A program made the position numbers and the translations under genes. A stretch of DNA of 24,450 nt from a virus. Its lineage: Duplodnaviria; Caudoviricetes. Within the stretch, counting starts at the first letter, position 1, and each line of letters opens with the position of its first letter. The notes beneath the pieces were generated by a model that saw only the letters and a program-made list of their open reading frames with translations, searched no databases and was not told the DNA's origin. Shown one piece after another: positions 1 through 8,139 of this stretch. The DNA is taken from the IMG/VR virus record IMGVR_UViG_3300037483_000059, positions 1 to 24,450 of that record, one strand, 5' to 3'.

Positions 1-75
1 ATCAACAAAGCTCGCCCTGGGCACATTAATCCAGGGAATGCTGATCGCATCTTGACTTGAGTGGTAGACCGACAT
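1..75 (-). CDS. 5' end of next gene (partial, runs off window), probably tail/baseplate-associated; MSVYHSSQDAISIPWINVPRASFVD...
   Basis: ATG at 75-73 overlaps the TAA stop of the upstream fibre gene (TAATG coupling); frame is open to the window edge. Confidence 0.65.
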   Translation of the reverse strand, partial: MSVYHSSQDAISIPWINVPRASFVD

Positions 76-1850
76 TATTGCGCCCTGAAGAGAAGTTGAA
101 AATACACTCCTTCTGCAACTAGATCGGCGTTGTCCGAGATGAACTGACACCGAACTCGGGTGCCTGCAACCAGGTCCAGGTCTGCGCCCGTCGCAGTAAG
201 GCCAACCGTGGTAAGCGTTGCGGCCACCAGGGCCGTCAGATCAAATGTGGCCGCTGACAGTAGGTTGTTGGAGCCGTCGATGTCCTCGACGGCCAAGGTA
301 TACGCCCCAGCGGTCGTCACTCCTGAATGGCAGTACGCGCGGACCCCCACGATCGTCAGCGCGTAGGGCGCGAAGAAGTACTCATTGACAGTGTTGCTTG
401 GTGAAACAGCGATTGACCGCGTGCGATCATCCGTCGGCACGTCCTCAGCATGGATTGCATCCTGTACAGCTGAGCCATCCCACCAACGGGGACGACCAGT
501 TGCAAGATCAACACCAACGTCGCCGAGACCACTTGGAGCAACGGTATTCCGGAACGTGAGCAAATCCGGTTTGACCGTGTCGATATTGGCTTCCAGCCAC
601 GTCTTCGTTGCTGTTCCAATCTTCCCGTTGCTGGTGTTGAACGGCCGTAGATCACCAGCGCCAGCGCCGTCACCGAAGATCGCCTCTTCGCCGCTGTTGA
701 CCGCTGTCACGTCCAGTTTGGCCGCTGGGGTCAGAGTCCCGATGCCCACACGCCCGTTGACCTCATCGGCCACGACTTCGTTGCCGTCGCCCAAACGCAC
801 CCGCCCCAAAGTGCCGTCGCTGGTCGACGTGAGGGTCAGCTCATCGCTGGGTTCCGTACCCCCGATGATAGTCTGCCCGCCGACGCGCCCGTTGATGTTG
901 GCGTAGTGGGTGTGTACATCACCTGCCGTTAAGTTGCCGAGATCATTGTGATTTGTGATCACTGTTGGGATCAACGGCTCAAATGCCATTGGACTCCCAG
1001 CCGCACCGCCGACGGTGATCGGGTCAGCAGCCACGACACCGAAGAGCGATTGGGCAAACGACGCACCGAGATCGACCAGGAATGCGGCAGACCGAGTAAC
1101 ATCGGTGTCTTCGTCGAAGTCGGCAGTCCGATCGAGCGTCAGCGTCGTACCCGCGATCGTCACAGAGTACACCCCGTTTGTCGGGGATCCGAGACCGGTT
1201 CCCGGCGTATCTGTCCCGAAAGTGAACCCCGTAGCGGACGCGCCGTCCGCTACGTTGGGAACAGCCCCGCCGAACGCGTTCGTGATCGTCAGCTCGTTGG
1301 TGCTAACCCCCACGGTAGGGGAATTACCCATACCTGTGAAGTCGAAAGCGTCGATCGCACTCTTGGTTGCGGAGGCTACGGTATCAGCAGTGTCGTCTGT
1401 AGCCAGCGCCACCTCGATCCCGGTATACGTCGCCCCAGCAGGCGCAGATGGCGCCGGGTCTGATCCGGCGGCGTTGACGTTGTACCAGACGTAAAACGCC
1501 CAATTTTGCTGGGTATAGAACACGAAGAACGTGTCATTGAGCGATCCGCTGACATCGGCGACTGTATCGACGGAATGGACCTCTGCTGTACCCCCGTATT
1601 CCCCACCAACAGCCATCCGTTCGCCCGAAGACATCGTCACGCCGTCAACGGTGAACACACCCGAAACAGCCAATGTCGCGGTGATCTGGCCTCGAAGGGA
1701 CGCACCTCCTACCGCATTGTAGACCGGTGTTCCTGTGATCGACGCGTTATCGATCAGAAGTATACCTGACGCGGCACGAACCGAATCCTTCCAGTCCACA
1801 ACGGCTGAGGAGACCGGATCAGAGATCGGAATTGGGATTTGTTGTGTCAT
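75..1850 (-). CDS. Tail fibre / baseplate appendage-like structural protein (591 aa)
   Basis: Gly/Ala/Thr/Val-rich. Motifs typical of phage fibre proteins: DWKDSVRAAS...TVDGV...NGVYSV...LDRTADFD, GDVHTHYA..GRVGGQTIIGGT, and GRVGIGTLTPAAKLDV. Lies downstream of baseplate J; TGATG coupling to the upstream gene. Confidence 0.7.
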   Translation of the reverse strand: MTQQIPIPISDPVSSAVVDWKDSVRAASGILLIDNASITGTPVYNAVGGASLRGQITATLAVSGVFTVDGVTMSSGERMAVGGEYGGTAEVHSVDTVADVSGSLNDTFFVFYTQQNWAFYVWYNVNAAGSDPAPSAPAGATYTGIEVALATDDTADTVASATKSAIDAFDFTGMGNSPTVGVSTNELTITNAFGGAVPNVADGASATGFTFGTDTPGTGLGSPTNGVYSVTIAGTTLTLDRTADFDEDTDVTRSAAFLVDLGASFAQSLFGVVAADPITVGGAAGSPMAFEPLIPTVITNHNDLGNLTAGDVHTHYANINGRVGGQTIIGGTEPSDELTLTSTSDGTLGRVRLGDGNEVVADEVNGRVGIGTLTPAAKLDVTAVNSGEEAIFGDGAGAGDLRPFNTSNGKIGTATKTWLEANIDTVKPDLLTFRNTVAPSGLGDVGVDLATGRPRWWDGSAVQDAIHAEDVPTDDRTRSIAVSPSNTVNEYFFAPYALTIVGVRAYCHSGVTTAGAYTLAVEDIDGSNNLLSAATFDLTALVAATLTTVGLTATGADLDLVAGTRVRCQFISDNADLVAEGVYFQLLFRAQ

Positions 1851-2218
1851 CAGGACCCCCGCACATCAAGGCGGGTTGCGAATGTCGACGTGTTTGACCC
1901 GTCGTCTGATGTCAGGCGCACAACGAGCATATTGGCTCCAACACCAACAAATGGGATCGGTCCCGCTGCTTGTAACCGCACGATGCCTGAGCCTGGGATC
2001 GCTACAACGCCGCTGTCGTATAGGACATGCCCGCTAGCCCCCTCGATCAGCTCGGTCCGTAGCGTAGTCGATGCCCCTGACGACAGTTCTGCCTCGATCA
2101 ATGCCACCTCCCCACGCACAGGGAACGGGGCCGGTGAGGACGGAGTGCCTGACTGCGGAGTCGTTCCTACGATAGGTATCGACCCCGAGTATCTGACGAT
2201 CGCATTGTGCTGGTTCAT
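1850..2218 (-). CDS. Hypothetical small beta-rich protein (122 aa), probably virion-associated
   Basis: Fills the gap between baseplate J and the fibre on the operon strand; its stop overlaps the next start. Confidence 0.7.
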   Translation of the reverse strand: MNQHNAIVRYSGSIPIVGTTPQSGTPSSPAPFPVRGEVALIEAELSSGASTTLRTELIEGASGHVLYDSGVVAIPGSGIVRLQAAGPIPFVGVGANMLVVRLTSDDGSNTSTFATRLDVRGS

Positions 2219-2228
2219 CGCGGTTCCA

Positions 2229-3608
2229 CTAGGTGATGCTGATGTTTGCTGCGGTTACTCGGGCCAATTGCCCCTCACCGATGATCACGTTTGCAGTCGG
2301 TGACGTGAACGTAACATCAGCGATCCCTGCCACCGACTGCGCGTGAAAGATCAGCTCAGAGAGGATCACGTCCCCGTTGACCCCAAGGCCGTTGATGTAT
2401 CGGTTGACCGCATCCGCAACAGCCGTCCGGACTGCAGTAGCCTGGGAGAGGAAGCCGTCTTCGATGACTGCGTCAGCAGCGATCACCTGTTGTAGTACCG
2501 TCGGCGGTAGGACGTAGACCAGGGTTCCGCCTGCTCGGTAGCCAGGGTAATTGGTGCGGTCTGCGGGGTTGCCCTCGATGATCAGCTGTGTCTCTTCAAT
2601 CAACCCTTCCCACCAATAATACTCCGCGGTGACCGTGTCTCCGACGGTTAAGCCGGAGGGGAACACCGTCGAATCCAACGTGACTTGGCCGTTTGAACGG
2701 TTGACCGTGTAATCGGTGTTCTCGACGAGCAGAGCGGCGTTTCGCTCCAGCACAACAGCCGAGCCGAACTGCAAGGGCCAGTTGTCCAGCTGAAGCCGCA
2801 CCTCTCCCCCTGTAGCTGTACCGATGACAGTTTCGGGACTACCGACGTTGTCGTCGCCGATCTCGACGGTTCCCGCGCCGTCGTCGATGTACACGTAGGT
2901 TGTGCCGAGGTTGGGCGTGTTCAGCTCGACCACCTCAGCGGACACAACGCCGCCGTAGTCCTCCAGAAACGCGGACAGCGCTGCATACTTCAGCGCCGTA
3001 GGCGTCCCCCTGGACAACGATCGTAGATACAGCTTGATCCGTTCACGAAACTCTGCGTCGGATTCCGCGTCCTGCCCGCCAAGCGCTGCTACGGGGTTGG
3101 TAACGGTCTCGACACCGGTGATCGCATCGAGTTGCGTGATCGTAGCCGCGACTACGTTTCCTTGCGTTCCAATGCTCGTAGCTCGCGCGGAAACGGACCC
3201 TGATACGCTGAACCCGTCGGCAATCGTGCCAGCGGCAATCGTCTCGAAGGCTTGTCCACTGGGCACACGGGCGATTGAGCCCACCGCAATCGCGACTGCA
3301 CCGGTCGTTCCCGTGCGGCCGAAAACCAACCCCACTGTCGCCGCGGATCCAGAATTACGAACGATCTTATCCGGATTGTAGTCCTCGCCCCGCGCGTCAA
3401 GGTCTTCCCCTTGCGCGCTGTTGATATCCCAGATCGATTGTACTGCAGACATCTGATAGTTGATGTCATCCAGCTCCCGGGCAGTTCCAGCAGCGATCGT
3501 ATGGATGACGCCGCCCTCATTCGCGTCGGTCAAACGTGTCCGTGCGATCGCACGATTGATGATCCGTTGCAGGATGAAGGTGAAGGTCTTTGGCTCGAAT
3601 CGGGACAC
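2229..3608 (-). CDS. Baseplate J/gp47-like wedge protein (459 aa)
   Basis: Characteristic motifs SAQGEDLD, ARATSIGTQGNVVAATI, TNPVAALGGQDAESDAEFRERI and YINGLGVNGDVILSELI; GTG start with AGGAGAGG RBS. Confidence 0.92.
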   Translation of the reverse strand: MSRFEPKTFTFILQRIINRAIARTRLTDANEGGVIHTIAAGTARELDDINYQMSAVQSIWDINSAQGEDLDARGEDYNPDKIVRNSGSAATVGLVFGRTGTTGAVAIAVGSIARVPSGQAFETIAAGTIADGFSVSGSVSARATSIGTQGNVVAATITQLDAITGVETVTNPVAALGGQDAESDAEFRERIKLYLRSLSRGTPTALKYAALSAFLEDYGGVVSAEVVELNTPNLGTTYVYIDDGAGTVEIGDDNVGSPETVIGTATGGEVRLQLDNWPLQFGSAVVLERNAALLVENTDYTVNRSNGQVTLDSTVFPSGLTVGDTVTAEYYWWEGLIEETQLIIEGNPADRTNYPGYRAGGTLVYVLPPTVLQQVIAADAVIEDGFLSQATAVRTAVADAVNRYINGLGVNGDVILSELIFHAQSVAGIADVTFTSPTANVIIGEGQLARVTAANISIT

Positions 3609-3617
3609 GCGCCTCTC

Positions 3618-5453
3618 CTAGACGAGCACTGTAATCGTTTGGGCGTTGGTTTCCCCGATCGGAACGGCATCGATCGAGATTTCCACGATATCGTTCGAGA
3701 CCTCGAACCGGAACGCGGGCACTCGCTGGATCCGGTTCTCCTGGTTCAGGGCTTCCCTGTAGTTGATCTGCAGCATGGACAGAAAGCCTTCTGTCTGCGT
3801 CACTCCGATCGATCGGCGCACGCCGTACTTCGGATGGTTGGGCATCGATCCTGATTCGGTCCACAGCCGCATCTGAATTGCCTGAGCGAGGTTGTCGATG
3901 CCGCCGATGACCCGCAAGTCGGTCAAGGTCCCTTCATCGATGGCGAGGTCCACAACGGGCCGTCCAGGCGCAGACAGCGCCGTGTCGACCAGGGCCAAAT
4001 CCGTCCCAAGTAGATCAAGCCCAGGCTTGTCCGATGCGCCAACGGCGGACGCTGGATTTGCCACTGTCGTAGGGATCACGATGATATCGCCGATCCCCAC
4101 GGTCCCCGGCGCTCCGGTCTCCGAAATGTACGGGGGTTGCAGCCCATTCAGCAGGACAATGTCGAACCATCGGGCAGCGTGACCCAAGTAATGCGCTGCG
4201 ATCGATTCAACGGTATCAGCATTCGTGATCGCGTATTCGACTGTGCCCGCGTAGTCCCCGAACGTGTGCCCTGTCGGCGTAGCCTGAGCGTCAACGATAT
4301 CCAGGTCTGTGCTCCGCTCACGCTGAGTCGCGAGCTGGGCAGCGCTTTCCGGCGGACCCGCCGCTTGTCTCGACTCCAACGTGGTCCGGACGTCCCCCGC
4401 CGCGCCTGCTTCAGCCCGTGCCAACGAAGCAGTTTGATCGTTGTAACTTGCACCAAAGATCGTAGGCTGCGCTGCCAGGGCATCGAGCCCATCGAGCGCT
4501 TGCTGATAGTTCTGGCGCACAGCAGATGGCAGAGCAGAAGCATTCTCCATGGTGGCCAGGGTGCTCTGCAGTAGCGTCGCCGTCGACGTGATGAACAGAC
4601 GCCCGATCGACAACGTCTCAGTAGCTCCGCTGATGAAGTCATTTGCACTGTTGACGATCGTATTCAGGTTAGTGTTGATCGTATCGATCTGTGCCACGAA
4701 GAAGCGGACTTCTCCGAGAATTCGAGACGCCTCTTGCACAGCCGATGAAATCAACGTCACAGCACCGTTGACACCGTTGACTGCAGCCAATGCACCCGTG
4801 ACGCCCTGACTGATAGCGCCGACAACGCTAGCGATCGTGGGCGGTACGATCACGCGATCCGCCTTAGCGATGGCGTCCATGCGGATCATGTACGGGTACT
4901 GCATACGCCGGTGGTTGTCGCGATCGATGTCAACGGTATCAGGGACCACGACCCAATGATCATCCGTCTTCAGATCGTGCCAAATCAGCTTGGTGTCTTT
5001 GGAAAACTTCGGATTCGCCTTCAATTCGGCGTATTTCTCGAAGAAGTTCCGGATCATCTTCCGGGTCCATGCGGGGCCTGAAAGCCCCAGACTTCCAGTG
5101 ATGATTGGGTTGGGCAGCTCCGGAGTGATCGAGGTATCCAACGTCGGCTTCGGCTGGAGGCCGAACGAACCCCCGACCTGGATCTTACGTACAAATATCC
5201 CTTGTTCTTCGGCCACCAAGCCACCCATGGTGGCCTCAACGGACTGACGGAAGATCCGCGATACCGAGTAGGTTTCCGGGCCCAGCGGGAACGCGATCAG
5301 GGCTTGCCCGAATCCGGGGCCGATACCGATTCCGGCCAACAGGGACGATCGCAGTTCGAGCACGTACGGCCGCTCTTTGTAGTACCAGTCATCGGTACCT
5401 GGCCCCAGAGCAGCCTGACGAACAGCCTCCAGCAAGACTTCGCGGAATCCCAT
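3618..5453 (-). CDS. Multidomain baseplate protein (611 aa): N-terminal tube-initiator-like domain, helical linker, LysM-like domain, C-terminal gp25/GPW-like domain
   Basis: LysM-like EYAITNADTVESIAAHYLGHAARWFDIVLLNGL...GDIIVIP. gp25-like DLRVIGGIDNLAQAIQMRLWTESGSMPNHPKYG...QENRIQRV. N-terminal PLGPETYSVSR...EATMGG...IQVGGSFG. AGGAGG RBS. Confidence 0.75.
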   Translation of the reverse strand: MGFREVLLEAVRQAALGPGTDDWYYKERPYVLELRSSLLAGIGIGPGFGQALIAFPLGPETYSVSRIFRQSVEATMGGLVAEEQGIFVRKIQVGGSFGLQPKPTLDTSITPELPNPIITGSLGLSGPAWTRKMIRNFFEKYAELKANPKFSKDTKLIWHDLKTDDHWVVVPDTVDIDRDNHRRMQYPYMIRMDAIAKADRVIVPPTIASVVGAISQGVTGALAAVNGVNGAVTLISSAVQEASRILGEVRFFVAQIDTINTNLNTIVNSANDFISGATETLSIGRLFITSTATLLQSTLATMENASALPSAVRQNYQQALDGLDALAAQPTIFGASYNDQTASLARAEAGAAGDVRTTLESRQAAGPPESAAQLATQRERSTDLDIVDAQATPTGHTFGDYAGTVEYAITNADTVESIAAHYLGHAARWFDIVLLNGLQPPYISETGAPGTVGIGDIIVIPTTVANPASAVGASDKPGLDLLGTDLALVDTALSAPGRPVVDLAIDEGTLTDLRVIGGIDNLAQAIQMRLWTESGSMPNHPKYGVRRSIGVTQTEGFLSMLQINYREALNQENRIQRVPAFRFEVSNDIVEISIDAVPIGETNAQTITVLV

Positions 5454-5461
5454 AGGCCCTC

Positions 5462-6508
5462 CTAATCGAACTCCAGGTGAGACGACAAGAAGGGTAAACC
5501 CGCGCCAAGGGACGTTGTGACTTCACCTGCGATCACACCTTGAGCGGTAATGTGGGTAGTGACCACGCCGGCCCATGTCGTTGCCGCGGTCGCCCATGTC
5601 GTTGCTGCGGTTGCCCAGATCCCGAGGGCCGTAGCCGTCGCCGGGAGCAACGCGGGATCAACGGCGAGCGCACCAATAGCGGTTGCTGCCGCCGCTCCGT
5701 ATGCGTTCGATGCCGTTGCAAACGTGTTCATCGCCGCCAGGATCGACGCTTCCGATGCTTGGAACGTTGACAGACTCGTCAAGTAGCTGCCCCCCATCAG
5801 AGCCAATGACGGGGCGGAAACCACCGAATCAGCGATCGTCAAGAATGCGAGCGGCCCCATCTTGACTAGGACGTTTCCCGCCGCTGGCGGTGGAACCACG
5901 ACCTCTTCACCGCCCACGATCACAGTGCCATGCGTCGGCGTGGATAGATCGATCTCCACGTTCCCGGTATTGGTCACGCCCCACGAAATACCGCGCGCAA
6001 CTCGACGGTATTTGAACTTTGTCAGATCGGTGAACTTTGGTCGCTTCTTGTTCCGTGGGTGGGGTAACTGCCCTAGGATCACCGGCTGATTCAGGTCGTC
6101 AGCCATAAACCCGATCATCACAAAATCGCCGTCAAGGTCTTCAGCGTTCGAGACGGGCACGCCCAGAAGTCCTTCAGGACTGATTTGCATGACTGCGGTA
6201 ACAATGTCGATCGATGAATCGCGCGGGATCCAGCCCTCGTAGTCGTTCAGACCAGCCGACTGCAGCATCAGCGGGACGTGCTGTAGAATCGTCCTGTAGC
6301 CCGCGTCGAGGACCAGCACGTCACAGGTCACCCCTTCAGCCTCCAGCTGCCCCAGCTGCATCCTGGGGAGGCTGCGGGGGTCTCCTGGCAGATACGTGGT
6401 GAGCACCACACCTCGCAGGATGAGCCCACGAGCAGAGCGAGCCCGTCCAGCCTTCGGCGCTCCGCGGGCTTGGTGGCGCAGGTGATAGGGCAGGAATCTG
6501 ACAGCCAT
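5462..6508 (-). CDS. Baseplate central spike (gpV/gp5-like OB-fold N-terminus) with Ala/Thr-rich C-terminus (348 aa)
   Basis: GDFVMIGFMADDLNQPVILGQLPHP matches the gpV/gp5 OB-fold motif; lies directly after the hub gene with TGATG coupling. Confidence 0.72.
   Translation of the reverse strand: MAVRFLPYHLRHQARGAPKAGRARSARGLILRGVVLTTYLPGDPRSLPRMQLGQLEAEGVTCDVLVLDAGYRTILQHVPLMLQSAGLNDYEGWIPRDSSIDIVTAVMQISPEGLLGVPVSNAEDLDGDFVMIGFMADDLNQPVILGQLPHPRNKKRPKFTDLTKFKYRRVARGISWGVTNTGNVEIDLSTPTHGTVIVGGEEVVVPPPAAGNVLVKMGPLAFLTIADSVVSAPSLALMGGSYLTSLSTFQASEASILAAMNTFATASNAYGAAAATAIGALAVDPALLPATATALGIWATAATTWATAATTWAGVVTTHITAQGVIAGEVTTSLGAGLPFLSSHLEFD
5571..5617 (-). repeat. 21-bp tandem repeat (about 2.2 copies) encoding W-A-T-A-A-T-T heptads
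   Basis: gcccatgtcgttgccgcggtc / gcccatgtcgttgctgcggtt / gccca starting at 5571, 5592 and 5613. Confidence 0.85.
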
Positions 6509-8139
6509 CAGTCCTCCGTCTCGTGATCGCCAGGATTGAACGCGCCCTTCTGCGTTGCGGCGTCGACCTGGGCATCGACGATGGGATCAGAACCGGGCAG
6601 TACGTTGATCGAGCCCGTACCAGTGAGCGGGGCGCCCTGACCAGTGAAGGCTAGAGACTGCCAATTCGACGCGGTCTCAAGCGCCAAATGGAACGCGCGT
6701 ACCCCCTCTACGTACCCTCGGCTCACGAGGAGATTGGTCTTCGCCGTCGGCTTACCGCCGTTCTGCGCCCACTGGTGCTGGACGCTCTCGACGTAGAACG
6801 TCATCAGATCAAGGCCCGTTCCGGCCCCGAGATAGGGGACGCCTGCATCGGTCGGGAACACGTCCAGTCCCCCGAGCGGGCCATTGAACACAGCGATCTT
6901 CTGCCCAGGTCTGATCTCCGTACGCATTTCACCGAGATTGATCAACCCCGTCCATTCTCGATGGTTCAACGCGTTCCAGCTGATGATCAGGTTCAGCCAA
7001 TTGTTGTGTGTGGTGTGAAACGCCGTGCCTTCCAAGTCGAAATACCGCGTGTGCTCCTCGATCCGCTTCAGACCATGGTGATCGATTGATCCCAAGTTTG
7101 CACGAGGCTTGTAGGCCCCGAAATACTGGGGACTCCCGCTGGCTACCAGGTCTCCGACCAGTTGAACGTGGTTCACCCGCCCTGGCCCCCTTGACAGGTC
7201 AATGCTTTTGATCAGGGTCGCATCGATGTTCCACGTCGGCAGACGAAACCACGGAGAAGATGGCCCCTGTATCGTGTTGACGAACGGCTTTTCCCGCATG
7301 ACCACGAATTGCTTCTTCGGGTACCCGGGACGCGGACCGGAATCCAAGAACAGCTCGTTCACCGCTGGGTTGCGCCATGCGTCAAGGAATGCCCAAACCG
7401 ATCCGCCGCCCCTTCCTGTGATCGTCTGTGAAATGTTTGCGACGCCACGAGCGATCAAACTGTCCATGCGCGAGCGTAGGTCCAGAGCGTTCAAGTACCG
7501 GAATGGAAGCGTGGGAATGGGCCCAGCAAGGCCAGCAGGGACCATGATCGACCCGCCGAGCAATGAGGTTTGGCCGCTGAATCCGCCCAGAAACCCAGTG
7601 ATCGCGTTCCGAATGAGCACGTCAGCCGGCCCGATGACCTCATTGATCATCTTTTGCATGTACGTACCAGCCGCGTTGTCTTGCGCTGCATCGTACGGAT
7701 TGAAATACACCGGGATCTCATCGAGCTTACCGCCTGCCGACTTCCCCATCACGATTACGTTGCTATTGATCGCACCGTTCGCCGTAGCCGTAGCTTGTAC
7801 TGTGACCCGAGTGATGTACCCCCACTGAACGCCTTGTTTGGTCCCGTTCTTGATGACATCGATCGCCCACCAATCGCCTTCCTCGATCAAGTCAGGCCAA
7901 GCTACGCCGGCCTTACCTGGGGCTCCAGCCACCTTATGGGGCTTGAGCATGATCTGAACTTCACCGCCGGGTTCTCCGATGTTCTGCTTGTAATCCCAGT
8001 TCACCAGGGAACTCTGAACGTCTCCGTCAGGCAGCGGATCGGCAAATTCGTCGTAAGCGTCGATTCGATTGAATGGAAACGGCTTGTGCGTAAAGAAGCT
8101 GACGCGTGCATACGTGGAATTTTGCCGTACGGTCCCCAT
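6508..8139 (-). CDS. Baseplate hub protein (gp27/gpD/Mu gp44-like) (543 aa)
   Basis: Sits between the tape measure and spike genes. Hub-like motifs: WPDLIEEGDW, WGYITRV, NELFLD, VVMREKPF, SIDHHGLKR, EIRPGQKI, FYVESVQHQW, TNLLVSRG. Confidence 0.75.
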   Translation of the reverse strand: MGTVRQNSTYARVSFFTHKPFPFNRIDAYDEFADPLPDGDVQSSLVNWDYKQNIGEPGGEVQIMLKPHKVAGAPGKAGVAWPDLIEEGDWWAIDVIKNGTKQGVQWGYITRVTVQATATANGAINSNVIVMGKSAGGKLDEIPVYFNPYDAAQDNAAGTYMQKMINEVIGPADVLIRNAITGFLGGFSGQTSLLGGSIMVPAGLAGPIPTLPFRYLNALDLRSRMDSLIARGVANISQTITGRGGGSVWAFLDAWRNPAVNELFLDSGPRPGYPKKQFVVMREKPFVNTIQGPSSPWFRLPTWNIDATLIKSIDLSRGPGRVNHVQLVGDLVASGSPQYFGAYKPRANLGSIDHHGLKRIEEHTRYFDLEGTAFHTTHNNWLNLIISWNALNHREWTGLINLGEMRTEIRPGQKIAVFNGPLGGLDVFPTDAGVPYLGAGTGLDLMTFYVESVQHQWAQNGGKPTAKTNLLVSRGYVEGVRAFHLALETASNWQSLAFTGQGAPLTGTGSINVLPGSDPIVDAQVDAATQKGAFNPGDHETED

